A stretch of 42,249 bases of DNA from Burkholderiales bacterium (GTDB taxonomy: Bacteria; Pseudomonadota; Gammaproteobacteria; Burkholderiales; SG8-39): assembly GCA_035266805.1 (NCBI GenBank), contig DATFMS010000113.1, forward strand, positions 1-42,249, written 5' to 3'. Numbering within the stretch: the first letter of the stretch is position 1; each line of letters starts with the position of its first letter. Under the pieces are notes generated by a model. The model saw only the letters and a program-made list of their open reading frames with translations. It had not been told where the DNA came from and did not search any database. Both the position numbers and the translations under genes were made by a program. Positions 24,553-33,075 of the stretch are shown piece after piece.

Positions 24553-25874
24553 CCGGCGAGCGCTGCGCCGAGCGCCAGCAGGTAAGAGCCTTCCAGTCCC
24601 AGCACGCTGTCCGCGAGCACGAAGACGCCGGTGCCTGCGATCAGCGCCGCGTAGGCGCTCGCCGGGCCACCGACGCGCCCGCCCCACAGCGCGAACAGCA
24701 TCATGATCAGTATCCCGGCGCTGCCCAGGCCGGATGACTCCTGCACCAGCGCGTACATGCTCTCGCTCGACAGGGCGATGAAGTAGGCGATCACGCCGAA
24801 CGCGATTACCGCCCAGCGGTTGGCCCTGAGCTTGACCTTCTCCGGCAGCCGCGGCGCGAGCGGCAGGAGCACGTTGTGCGCCGCGAGCGAGCCCGCGACA
24901 AGCAGCGCGCCGGAAAGCGTCGACAGGATCGCCGACACCAGCGCGCCCAGGAACAGGATGTATAGCGGCATCGGGAGCTGCTGCTGCGCGAACAGCGCCA
25001 GCACCTGCTCGTGGTTGCGCCCCGCGCCGATCATGCCGGCGGCACCCAGACCGATGGCCACCGGCACGATGCCGATCGCGAGGTACAGCGCGCCGGCCGC
25101 GACCGTCGCGCGCCGCGCGAGCGGCGCGCCGCGCACCGCGAGGATGCGCGATACCAGCTCCTGCGCGGCGATGGTGGAGAATATGGGCACTGCGAGCGTA
25201 TCGAGCACGCTCAGCGCGCTGCGCCCGTGCATCGGATCGAAGCGCGCCCCGGGCAGCGCGGCGATCACGCGCAGCCCGCCGAGCGAAACGAACACGGCGC
25301 CCAGTGCCAGCACGCCCGCAATGAGCACGATGCCTTGCACCAGGTCGGTGACCGCGTCCGCCCACATGCCGCCGATCGCGGTGTAGGCAATGACGACCGC
25401 GGCGGCGAGCGTGATGGCCGAGAGCAGGCCGAGGTCCGAGGCCGAAGCCAGCACCTGCCCGAAGGCGCGCACCTGCGCTGCGGCCCACATGACCGAGCCG
25501 GGGATCATGATGATGGCCGCGAGCCGCTCGACGCCGATGCCGTAGCGCTGGCGGAACAGATCCGCGAGCGTGACGATGCCGCGTTTCCACAACAGGCCGG
25601 CGAACAGTAGCCCGGACAGGACGATTCCGGCGCTGTAGCCGAAGGGATCGGCGATGACCCCCGAGATGCCGTGCGCATAGGCCTCCCCCGCAGCGCCGAC
25701 GCAGGTCTCGGCGCCGAACCAGGTCGCGAACACGGTGAAGGTCGCCAGCCAGGGACCCAGGCTGCGCCCCGCCAGCAGGTAGTCCACTTCGTTGCGGTTG
25801 CGGTGCGAGAACCAGAACGCGATGCCGAGCTGGGCGACAATGTAGAGCAGCACGCAGGCGAGCACCCAGTCCAT
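24495..25874 (-). CDS. Sodium:solute symporter (SSS) family transporter
   Basis: 459 aa, polytopic. N-terminus MDWVLACVLLYIVAQLGIAFWFSHRNRNEVDYLLAGRSLGPWLATFTVFATWFGAETCVGAAG is the typical SSS signature region. Confidence 0.85.
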   Translation of the reverse strand: MDWVLACVLLYIVAQLGIAFWFSHRNRNEVDYLLAGRSLGPWLATFTVFATWFGAETCVGAAGEAYAHGISGVIADPFGYSAGIVLSGLLFAGLLWKRGIVTLADLFRQRYGIGVERLAAIIMIPGSVMWAAAQVRAFGQVLASASDLGLLSAITLAAAVVIAYTAIGGMWADAVTDLVQGIVLIAGVLALGAVFVSLGGLRVIAALPGARFDPMHGRSALSVLDTLAVPIFSTIAAQELVSRILAVRGAPLARRATVAAGALYLAIGIVPVAIGLGAAGMIGAGRNHEQVLALFAQQQLPMPLYILFLGALVSAILSTLSGALLVAGSLAAHNVLLPLAPRLPEKVKLRANRWAVIAFGVIAYFIALSSESMYALVQESSGLGSAGILIMMLFALWGGRVGGPASAYAALIAGTGVFVLADSVLGLEGSYLLALGAALAGYLGCVPLASIRMSRRNSR

Positions 25875-25877
25875 CGC

Positions 25878-26609
25878 TCAGCCCAGCGCGCGCACGACCA
25901 GCGAGCCGCCCGAGGCGAGCAGCATCAACGCCACGGCGCGCATCAGCGTATCGCGTCGGATACGCCGGAACAGGCGCGAAGCCGTGGAAATTCCGATCCA
26001 CGCCGCCGGCAGTGCAACTGCCGCCGCGACCCACACCGACAGGTCGCTCATGAGCCCGGTGAGCACGAACGCCACCAGCCGCATCGAGATGCTCGCGATC
26101 GAAGTCACCGCCAGCGTGGCGCGGAACGCTTCCTTGCTTAGATTTCGCTGGGAGAGATAGATCGCGTACGGCGGCCCGCCCGCACCGAACATGGCGCTGG
26201 TGATGCCGCCCGCGAGGCCCGCCGGCCAGGCCCAGCCGCGCGCAACCGCGCCGCTCGGGCCGCGCCAGACGAGCGAGTACAGGGCGAAGGCAACGACGAA
26301 GACCCCCAGCGCGAGCATCCCGCCCTGGCGCGGCATGTTCACCAGCGCAGTAACACCGAGCACGGTCCCCGCCACCAGCATCGGCACCAGTCGCACAACT
26401 TCGCCGCGCACCACGTGCCGCGGCGCCTCGAGCCCGATGCGCAGCGCGTTCGCCAGGTCGAGTAGCACGAACACCGCGAGCGCGAAGCGCAGCGGCACGA
26501 AGTGCGTCGCGAGCGGGATCGCGATCAGCGCGGCGCCGAAGCCGGTAATGCCGTAGACCAGCGCGCCGAGGAAGGCGATCGGCGCCAGCGCCAGGACCTC
26601 GGCGCTCAA
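25878..26609 (-). CDS. TauE/SafE-family (DUF81) anion exporter
   Basis: 243 aa, about 7-8 TM segments, with GITGFGAALIAIP and FGAGGPPYAIYL motifs. The TTG start overlaps the stop of the upstream gene (TTGA). Confidence 0.8.
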   Translation of the reverse strand: MSAEVLALAPIAFLGALVYGITGFGAALIAIPLATHFVPLRFALAVFVLLDLANALRIGLEAPRHVVRGEVVRLVPMLVAGTVLGVTALVNMPRQGGMLALGVFVVAFALYSLVWRGPSGAVARGWAWPAGLAGGITSAMFGAGGPPYAIYLSQRNLSKEAFRATLAVTSIASISMRLVAFVLTGLMSDLSVWVAAAVALPAAWIGISTASRLFRRIRRDTLMRAVALMLLASGGSLVVRALG

Positions 26610-27235
26610 GTCTTGGCCGACAGATTCAGCGTGTAGACGCCGGTAAGGCGGGCGCTGTCGAGGATATGGCCTTTGATCGCGGCCAGCATGTCAGCTCCCC
26701 TGAAATCGTCCGCCAGCGGACATTTCTCGATGTCGAGCGCGTAAAGCGTGAACACGTAGTGGTGCACGATCGTGTCGTTCCAAGGCGGGCACGGCCCGTC
26801 GTAGCCGAAGTAGTCGCCTTTCATCTCCGCGTCGCTCGCGAACCAACCGGTGTAGTCGTTGCGCCCCTGGCGCGCGCCGCGCGGCGCCTGTGGCCCGGGC
26901 TTGCCGTGTGGCGTGATCCCGTTCGAGAACTCGCCCTCCGCGATCGGCTTGTCGAAAGGCTTCAGGTCGACCAGCAGCCAGTGGTAGAAATCGACCCGCG
27001 GCAGCGTGGCGGGAATCTGCCGGCCCTCCTTGTTGACGTCGTCGGGCTTGGACGGCACGTCGTAATCGTGGCAGATCAGCGCCAGCGAGCGCGTGCCCGC
27101 CGGCAACCCGCTCCAGGCAAGCTGTGGGTTGCGGTTGTCGGACAGCCGGACGTGGGTCTTCGCGTCGGGCACCGCGAACGCGCAGCGGTCCGGAATCGCG
27201 CCCATATCGGCAAAGCTCTCGCTGGTCAGTTTCAT
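26606..27235 (-). CDS. YbhB/YbcL-family PEBP (Raf-kinase-inhibitor-like) protein
   Basis: Last 209 codons of track ORF 26606-27883, with RBS GGGAGG upstream of the ATG. MKLTSESFADMGAIPDRC..., NRNPQLAWSGLP, LICHDYDVP and YFGYDGPCPP are PEBP hallmarks. Confidence 0.85.
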   Translation of the reverse strand: MKLTSESFADMGAIPDRCAFAVPDAKTHVRLSDNRNPQLAWSGLPAGTRSLALICHDYDVPSKPDDVNKEGRQIPATLPRVDFYHWLLVDLKPFDKPIAEGEFSNGITPHGKPGPQAPRGARQGRNDYTGWFASDAEMKGDYFGYDGPCPPWNDTIVHHYVFTLYALDIEKCPLADDFRGADMLAAIKGHILDSARLTGVYTLNLSAKT

Positions 27236-28011
27236 CCCTCGCCTCCCTTCGTGTCCGTGTCCGGCGTAATTATAAGGTCGTCCCTGGTGTGGGGATTGAT
27301 CCGCCCGAGCGCCGCGACGTAGCGCCGGAACGGCAGCGCGAAGCGCTGCTCCAGCCGCTCGGCGCGCTCGCGCAGCGTGCGCCAGGCGAGCCGTCGCGGT
27401 GCGCCCTTGAGCGCGAACACCAGCAGGTTCGGGTCGGCGAGCGCCGGCAGGCACAGCACCGCGCCGCCGAAGGCGCCCTCCAACCGCCTCAGGTAGAGGT
27501 CGAGCCCCGGGTCGTCGCTCATGAAATTGAGCACCATTGCGCCGGGCTCGGCGAGCGCGAACCAGGCGGCGTCGTAGAACGCGCGGCTTACCAGCCCGGG
27601 AACCTGCTCGCCGTCGTCGAAGCCGTCGACCAGCAGCAGATCGCAGCATTCCGGCGCCAGCGCCTCGGCGCCGTCGCCGATTTCGACCCGGAGCCGCGCG
27701 TCGTCGGGCGGCAGCGCGAAGTGCTCGCGCGCCGCCGCGACCACGCGCGGGTCGAGCTCGATCACGCGCAGGCGCGCGGCGCGGAACCGGCGATGGAAGA
27801 ACTTGGCCAGCGACCCTCCGCCCAGCCCGATCATCAGCACCTCGCGCGGCTGCGGGTGGAACAGCAGAAACGCCATCATGCATCGCGTGTAGTCGAGCGC
27901 GAGCGTGTACGGGTCGTCGATCCGCATCGCGCTCTGGATCGCGTCGCCGCCGAGGTGCAGGCGGCGAACGCCGCGCGCCTCGCTCACCGCGAGCGCCGGG
28001 GCGCGCTTCAC
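27232..28011 (-). CDS. Spermidine-synthase-like (PABS-fold) methyltransferase-family protein
   Basis: C-terminal 259 codons of track ORF 27232-28836: VLMIGLGGGSLAKF, LRVIELDPRVV, DLLLVDGFD and GAMVLNF. I chose the GTG start at 28011, which overlaps the MFS stop (GTGA). ATG at 27927 is an alternative. Confidence 0.72.
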   Translation of the reverse strand: MKRAPALAVSEARGVRRLHLGGDAIQSAMRIDDPYTLALDYTRCMMAFLLFHPQPREVLMIGLGGGSLAKFFHRRFRAARLRVIELDPRVVAAAREHFALPPDDARLRVEIGDGAEALAPECCDLLLVDGFDDGEQVPGLVSRAFYDAAWFALAEPGAMVLNFMSDDPGLDLYLRRLEGAFGGAVLCLPALADPNLLVFALKGAPRRLAWRTLRERAERLEQRFALPFRRYVAALGRINPHTRDDLIITPDTDTKGGEG

Positions 28012-29213
28012 GCCGCGGCGGCGCGCGTGCGCCGCATCAGCACCAGCACGATACCCGCGGCGGCGAACGACAGCGCCGCGCCGGCCAGGATCGGCGCCGC
28101 GTAGCTGCCCAGCGCGTCGAACGCGGCGCCCGCCAGCGGCGGGCCGATCAGGGTGCCGATTCCCGGGCCGGTGTAGAGAAAGCCGATGATGCCCGACAGC
28201 GCGCGCGGGCCGTAGAGATCCATCACGATCGACGGCGCAAGGGCGACGAATCCGCCGTAGAAGACGCCGAACGAGAGCGCGAACAGGGCCAGGATCCAGT
28301 ACTGGGTGGAGAGCCACCAGACCACCAGCATCGCGCCCAGGCCGAGGTACATCACCGCCAGCGAGGGCACGCGCCCGAGGCGGTCGGCAACGCCGCCGAT
28401 GGTGAAACGCCCGAGCAGGCTGCCCAGCCCGATCAGGCTCACCAGCGCCACGCCCTTGGCCTCCGAATAGCCCGCGTCCTGGGCGAACGAGGCGAGGTGC
28501 ACCATCGGCACGAACAGCCCGACGCACACCAGCACGCTCGAGAAGTACAGCAGCCAGAACGGCTCCGAGCGCAGGGCCTGGCCGAGCGTCGCGCCGGGCA
28601 GCGTGGCACGCGCGGTGCGCTGCGAGCCGGCGGCGCCGTGGCGCGCGGGGTCGTCGTCGATCGCGAGCGCGGCGGCGCCGCCGAGCACCAGCGCGCCGAG
28701 CGCGAGCGCCTGGTACGCCGCGCGCCAGCCGAAGGCGCCGATCAGCCAGGCCGCGAGCAGCGGCACCAGAAAATTTCCGGCGCCGATACCGGCCACCGCG
28801 AGCCCCGAGGCAAAGGCGCGGTTGGCAACGAACCACGGCTGCACCGCGCCCACCGAGGGCACGTAGGTGAGCCCGACGCCGACGCCGATGCCGACGCTGT
28901 AGGTCAGGTAGAGCACTTCGACCGAGGACGCGACGCTCGCCAGCGCGAGCGCGGCGACCAGGCAGCCGACCCCCGCCAGCGCGACCCGGCGCGGCCCGAG
29001 CCGGTCGGCGAGCACGCCGCCTGGCGCGCCGAGGGTGAACCAGAGGAAAGCGGCGACCGAGAACACCAGCGAAACGTGCCCGCGCGAGGCCGAGAACTCG
29101 GACTGGAACGCGCTGAAGAACGCGGCGAACGAGTACGCCGCGCCGAAGCCGACGAACATCAGGGTGAAGGCGGCGGCCACCACCACCCAGCCGTAATACG
29201 GGCGGCGGCTCAA
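28008..29213 (-). CDS. MFS transporter (oxalate/formate antiporter-like or MCT-like, 401 aa)
   Basis: C-terminal 401 codons of track ORF 28008-30164, with 12 predicted TM segments (YGWVVVAAAFTLMFVGFGAAYSF..., ADRLGPRRV, ADRLGRVPS). The TTG start overlaps the stop of the upstream gene (TTGA). Confidence 0.82.
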   Translation of the reverse strand: MSRRPYYGWVVVAAAFTLMFVGFGAAYSFAAFFSAFQSEFSASRGHVSLVFSVAAFLWFTLGAPGGVLADRLGPRRVALAGVGCLVAALALASVASSVEVLYLTYSVGIGVGVGLTYVPSVGAVQPWFVANRAFASGLAVAGIGAGNFLVPLLAAWLIGAFGWRAAYQALALGALVLGGAAALAIDDDPARHGAAGSQRTARATLPGATLGQALRSEPFWLLYFSSVLVCVGLFVPMVHLASFAQDAGYSEAKGVALVSLIGLGSLLGRFTIGGVADRLGRVPSLAVMYLGLGAMLVVWWLSTQYWILALFALSFGVFYGGFVALAPSIVMDLYGPRALSGIIGFLYTGPGIGTLIGPPLAGAAFDALGSYAAPILAGAALSFAAAGIVLVLMRRTRAAAA

Positions 29214-30325
29214 TACAGGGCTCCGCGCGCGCTCACCGGCCACAGCGCCTCGACCCGACCGTCGCGCACGCAAACATACCAGTCGTACAGGTTCACCGTC
29301 GGGTCGCAGTGCCCCGGCACCAGCAGCAGCTTGTCGCCCAGCGCGGGCGGCGGCCCGGCTGCGATCTCGAGCACGCCGTGCTCGTCCGAGGCGCGCGCGT
29401 AGCGCAGCCCGGGGCGCTCCCACACCAGCGGCATCCCGGAATCGACGCTCAGCGCCTTGAGCCCGGCGTCGAGCACCGCGCGATCCGGCGCCGGCCGGCT
29501 CATCACGGTCGCCAGCACGAACAGGGCATGCTCGAAGGACGGCAGCGGCGCGGCCCATTCGTTCTTCGCGTAGTCGGCGTCCATGAAGACGTACGAGCCG
29601 GGCTGGATCTCGTCGAAGGCGCCCGACTCGATCTCGAACGCGAAGCTTCCGCTGCCGGCGCCGGTCACCGTCGGGCAGGCGAGCCCTGCGGACTCGATCA
29701 GGCGCCGCGTCTGGTTGGCGGCGCTCGCGGCGCGGGCGATCGCGGCGCGGCGCTCGGCCATCGTGCGCAAATGCTGCGCCGCGCCGTGATAGGCCTGCAG
29801 GCCGGCGAAGCGCAACCCGGGGCGGGCGGCGATCTCGCGCGCCAGCGCCAGCGCCGGCTCGCCCGGCGCGACGCCGCAGCGGTGCGCGCCGACGTCCACT
29901 TCGACGTAGATGTCGAGCATCGCGCCGGCGCGCTGCGCCGCCTGCGACAGCTCGCCCACGTTGGCCGCGTCGTCGGCGCACACGCCGATGCGCGCCCGCC
30001 GCGCGAGCGCCGCGAGCCGCTCGAGCTTGCGCGCCCCCACGATCTCGTTCGAAACCAGGACGTCGGCCACGCCGCCTTCGACCATCGCCTCGGCCTCGGA
30101 CACCTTCTGGCAGCACACGCCGACCGCGCCGGCGGCGATCTGGCGCCGCGCGATCTCCGCGCACTTGTGCGTCTTGGCATGGGCTCGCACGCGCACGCCT
30201 CGCCCTTCCACGGCCTGCGACAGGCGCCTGAGGTTGCGCTCGAAGGCATCGAGCTCGATCACCAGGGCCGGGGTGTCGACCTCGTCGAGCGCCGCGCCGA
30301 CAACCGCAGGAGGAGCGAGCGTCAT
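29210..30325 (-). CDS. DSD1-family PLP enzyme (D-threonine aldolase / D-serine or D-3-hydroxyaspartate dehydratase-like)
   Basis: 371 aa with an alanine-racemase-like N-domain carrying VRAHAKTHKC (PLP Lys). The C-terminal LLVPGHCDPTVNLYD matches the His/Cys metal site of this family. Confidence 0.85.
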   Translation of the reverse strand: MTLAPPAVVGAALDEVDTPALVIELDAFERNLRRLSQAVEGRGVRVRAHAKTHKCAEIARRQIAAGAVGVCCQKVSEAEAMVEGGVADVLVSNEIVGARKLERLAALARRARIGVCADDAANVGELSQAAQRAGAMLDIYVEVDVGAHRCGVAPGEPALALAREIAARPGLRFAGLQAYHGAAQHLRTMAERRAAIARAASAANQTRRLIESAGLACPTVTGAGSGSFAFEIESGAFDEIQPGSYVFMDADYAKNEWAAPLPSFEHALFVLATVMSRPAPDRAVLDAGLKALSVDSGMPLVWERPGLRYARASDEHGVLEIAAGPPPALGDKLLLVPGHCDPTVNLYDWYVCVRDGRVEALWPVSARGALY

Positions 30326-30329
30326 GGCG

Positions 30330-31511
30330 TTAGGCCGCCGCCCGGTGCCCGCGCTCGCGCCGCGCGAGCCAGGCGATCGCCGCCATGATGATCGCGACCA
30401 GCGGCAGGGCGGCGTAGTTGACGCTGTTCCAGCCCAGGTTGGTCACGATCATGCCGGAGGAAAAGGAAGACAGCGCCATCATGACGAAGATCGCCGAGTC
30501 GTTGGCGCCCTGCGCCTTGGCGCGCTCCTCCGGGCGGTAGGTCGTGGTGAGCAGCGTGGTGGCGCCGATGAAAAGGAAGTTCCAGCCCACCCCCAGCAGC
30601 ACCAGCGCGAACCAGAACTGCGTAATCGCGACACCGGTCAGCGCGACGCCGACGCAGACTGCATTGAGCAGCGCGCCGGCGAACATCACCCGCAGCGCGC
30701 CAAAGCGGCGGATCAGCCCGCCGGTGAAGAACGACGGCAGGTACATGCCCACCACGTGCGAGGAGATGACGAAGGCGGCCGCGCCATAGGGGTGGCCGCA
30801 GATGCTCATCGCAATCGGCGTCGAAGTCATGAGGAAGTTCATCACACCGTAGCCGATCGCCGCGCCCGCCACCGCGACCAGAAACTTGGGCTGCCGCGCG
30901 ATCGTCGACAGCGGCCGCCCCGTCGCCTGCTGCTCCGCCGCGCTTGGATCGGGGATGCGGATGAAACGCAGCAGCGCCATGGTCACCAGCGCGAACACGA
31001 TCAGGGCCAGGTAGGCGGCGAGGAACCTCTGCGGCAGCAGATCCACCGTCAGCCGGCTGGTGGTCGGGCCGAGCACGCCGCCGATCAGCCCTCCCGCCAG
31101 CACCAGCGAGATCGCGGTGGGCCGGAACTGCACGCTCGCCGCATCGGCGGCGGCGAAGCGGTAGTACTGACCGAAGGCGTTGTAGACGCCGAATACCAGC
31201 GCGCCGAAGCACAACAGCCAGAAATTCTGCGACCAGATCGCGCCGGCGCAGACCAGCGCGCCGGCGATCCCCCACAGCGTGCCGAGCGTCAGGCCCCGCC
31301 GGCGCCCGACCCGCTTCATATGCAGCGAGGCGCGCATCGTCGCCACCGCGCCGCCAAGCACCCAGAAAGTCACCGGCAGCGTGGCGAGCGAGCGGTTGGG
31401 CGCCAGCGCGAGCCCCGCCAGCCCGTTGATCGCGATCAGGGTCGAGTTGTTGGTCAGCAGCATCGCCTGACAGGCGGTCAGCAGCGCGACGTTGCGCCGT
31501 TCACTGTTCAT
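30330..31511 (-). CDS. MFS transporter (393 aa)
   Basis: Start taken at the internal ATG (MNSERRNVALLTACQAMLL...). 12 TM segments, with MKRVGRRRG between TM2 and TM3. Confidence 0.85.
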   Translation of the reverse strand: MNSERRNVALLTACQAMLLTNNSTLIAINGLAGLALAPNRSLATLPVTFWVLGGAVATMRASLHMKRVGRRRGLTLGTLWGIAGALVCAGAIWSQNFWLLCFGALVFGVYNAFGQYYRFAAADAASVQFRPTAISLVLAGGLIGGVLGPTTSRLTVDLLPQRFLAAYLALIVFALVTMALLRFIRIPDPSAAEQQATGRPLSTIARQPKFLVAVAGAAIGYGVMNFLMTSTPIAMSICGHPYGAAAFVISSHVVGMYLPSFFTGGLIRRFGALRVMFAGALLNAVCVGVALTGVAITQFWFALVLLGVGWNFLFIGATTLLTTTYRPEERAKAQGANDSAIFVMMALSSFSSGMIVTNLGWNSVNYAALPLVAIIMAAIAWLARRERGHRAAA

Positions 31512-31579
31512 ATATACAGTGCATGGGGGCTTCGCATCAGGTTTCGTTTCGGGAAGCCCGGATTCTACCGGCAGCGACG

Positions 31580-32713
31580 ATGGCAAACGAAGCAAAGCGC
31601 GAAACCCGTTCGATCGACGTGCATGCGGCGACGGTACAGGCGCCGGGCAAGTCGCGCGGCGCGCTTTCGCGCCTGCAGGGACGCTTCGAAAGTCTGGCGC
31701 GCGAGGCCTTCGACGACGGCTGGGGCGCGGACGACGAGGCGCCGGCGACGATCGAGACCACGGTCACCGAGGAGCGAGCGCGCACGATCATCCAGCGCAA
31801 CGACTCGCCCGACCTGCCGTTCGAGCTGTCGATCAACCCCTACCGCGGTTGCGAGCACGGCTGTATCTACTGTTATGCGCGGCCGAGCCACGCCTACCTC
31901 GAGCTTTCGCCGGGGCTCGACTTCGAGACCCGGCTGTTCGCCAAGGTGAACGCGGTCGAGCGGTTGCGCGAGGAGCTCTCCAGGCCGGGCTACCGCCCGT
32001 CGCCGATCGCGCTCGGCGCCAACACCGATTGCTACCAGCCGATCGAGCGCCGTAACAGGATCACGCGCGGCCTGATCGAGCTGCTCGCCGAGTGCCGCCA
32101 CCCGCTGACGATCGTCACCAAATCTGCGCTGGTCGAGCGCGACCTCGACCTGCTCGGCCCGATGGGCCGCGCCAACCTGGCCAAGGTGTTCGTCTCGCTC
32201 GGCACCCTGGACCGGCAGCTGGCGCGGCGCCTGGAGCCGCGCGCGGCGAGCCCGCAGCGGCGCCTTGACACCATCCGCGCGCTTGCCGGAGCCGGCGTGC
32301 CGGTCGGCGTCATGCTCGCGCCGGTGGTCCCCGCGCTGTCGGACAAGTCGGTGGAGGAATCGCTCGAGGCCGCCGCCGCGGCGGGCGCGAGCATGGCCGG
32401 CTACCAGCTCATGCGCCTGCCGAACGAGCTCAAGGAGTTGTTCCGCGAGTGGCTGGCGGCACACTACCCGTTGCGCGCCGAGCACGTGATGAGCATCGTG
32501 CAGCAGCTGCGCGGCGGGCGCGACAACGACCCGCGCTTCGGCACGCGAATGACCGGCAGCGGAAACTACGCCGAGCTGCTGGCCAAGCGCTTCGAGATCG
32601 CCTGCCGCCGGCTCGGACTGAACGGCGCCGAGCGCGGCACCCGGCCACGCCGCGAGCTCGATTGCTCACTTTTCCGCCCGCCCCCGCGCCCCGGGCAAAT
32701 GCAGCTTTTCTGA
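31580..32713 (+). CDS. Radical SAM protein (PA0069 / SplB-like family)
   Basis: Start at MANEAKRE.... The CxxxCxxC cluster lies in NPYRGCEHGCIYCYARPSH. 377 aa. Confidence 0.85.
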   Translation: MANEAKRETRSIDVHAATVQAPGKSRGALSRLQGRFESLAREAFDDGWGADDEAPATIETTVTEERARTIIQRNDSPDLPFELSINPYRGCEHGCIYCYARPSHAYLELSPGLDFETRLFAKVNAVERLREELSRPGYRPSPIALGANTDCYQPIERRNRITRGLIELLAECRHPLTIVTKSALVERDLDLLGPMGRANLAKVFVSLGTLDRQLARRLEPRAASPQRRLDTIRALAGAGVPVGVMLAPVVPALSDKSVEESLEAAAAAGASMAGYQLMRLPNELKELFREWLAAHYPLRAEHVMSIVQQLRGGRDNDPRFGTRMTGSGNYAELLAKRFEIACRRLGLNGAERGTRPRRELDCSLFRPPPRPGQMQLF

Positions 32714-32715
32714 GC

Positions 32716-33075
32716 GTGCGCAGGCTCTGGCTCGCGGTCGGCTGGGCAATGGTGGCGGCGATCGTTTTCGGCTCGGTGATGCACTCTCCGCCCTCGCTCG
32801 GCTTCGAGCAGGGCGACAAGCTCGAGCACGTCGGCAGCTACGGCCTGGTCATGTTCTGGTTCTGCCAGCTCTATTACGCGCGCCCCGCGCGCCTGGCTTA
32901 CGCCCTGGGATTCGCCGCCCTGGGCGTGGCGCTGGAGTTCGTGCAGGGCTGGCTCGGCTACCGCGATTTCGAGCTGGCCGACATGCTGGCCGACGCCGCG
33001 GGCGTGGCTTTCGGCTGGAGCGCGGCGCTCATCTTCCCCACAGCGTTACCAGGAGCGGGAACAGGAAAGCGGTGA
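32716..33075 (+). CDS. VanZ-like family membrane protein
   Basis: GTG start 2 nt after the radical SAM stop. 119 aa, 4 TM segments, with GDKLEHVGSYGLVMFWF and EFVQGWLGYRDFELADMLADAAG typical of VanZ-like proteins. Confidence 0.7.
   Translation: MRRLWLAVGWAMVAAIVFGSVMHSPPSLGFEQGDKLEHVGSYGLVMFWFCQLYYARPARLAYALGFAALGVALEFVQGWLGYRDFELADMLADAAGVAFGWSAALIFPTALPGAGTGKR

Noticed and set aside
28012-28836. Reading the SpeE-like ORF as a 534-aa protein, or as a frameshifted pseudogene of the MFS gene
   Set aside because: The upstream 275 codons overlap the MFS gene out of frame and look non-protein-like. A GTGA-coupled start explains the data without invoking a pseudogene. The alternative is kept as a checkable point in the findings.
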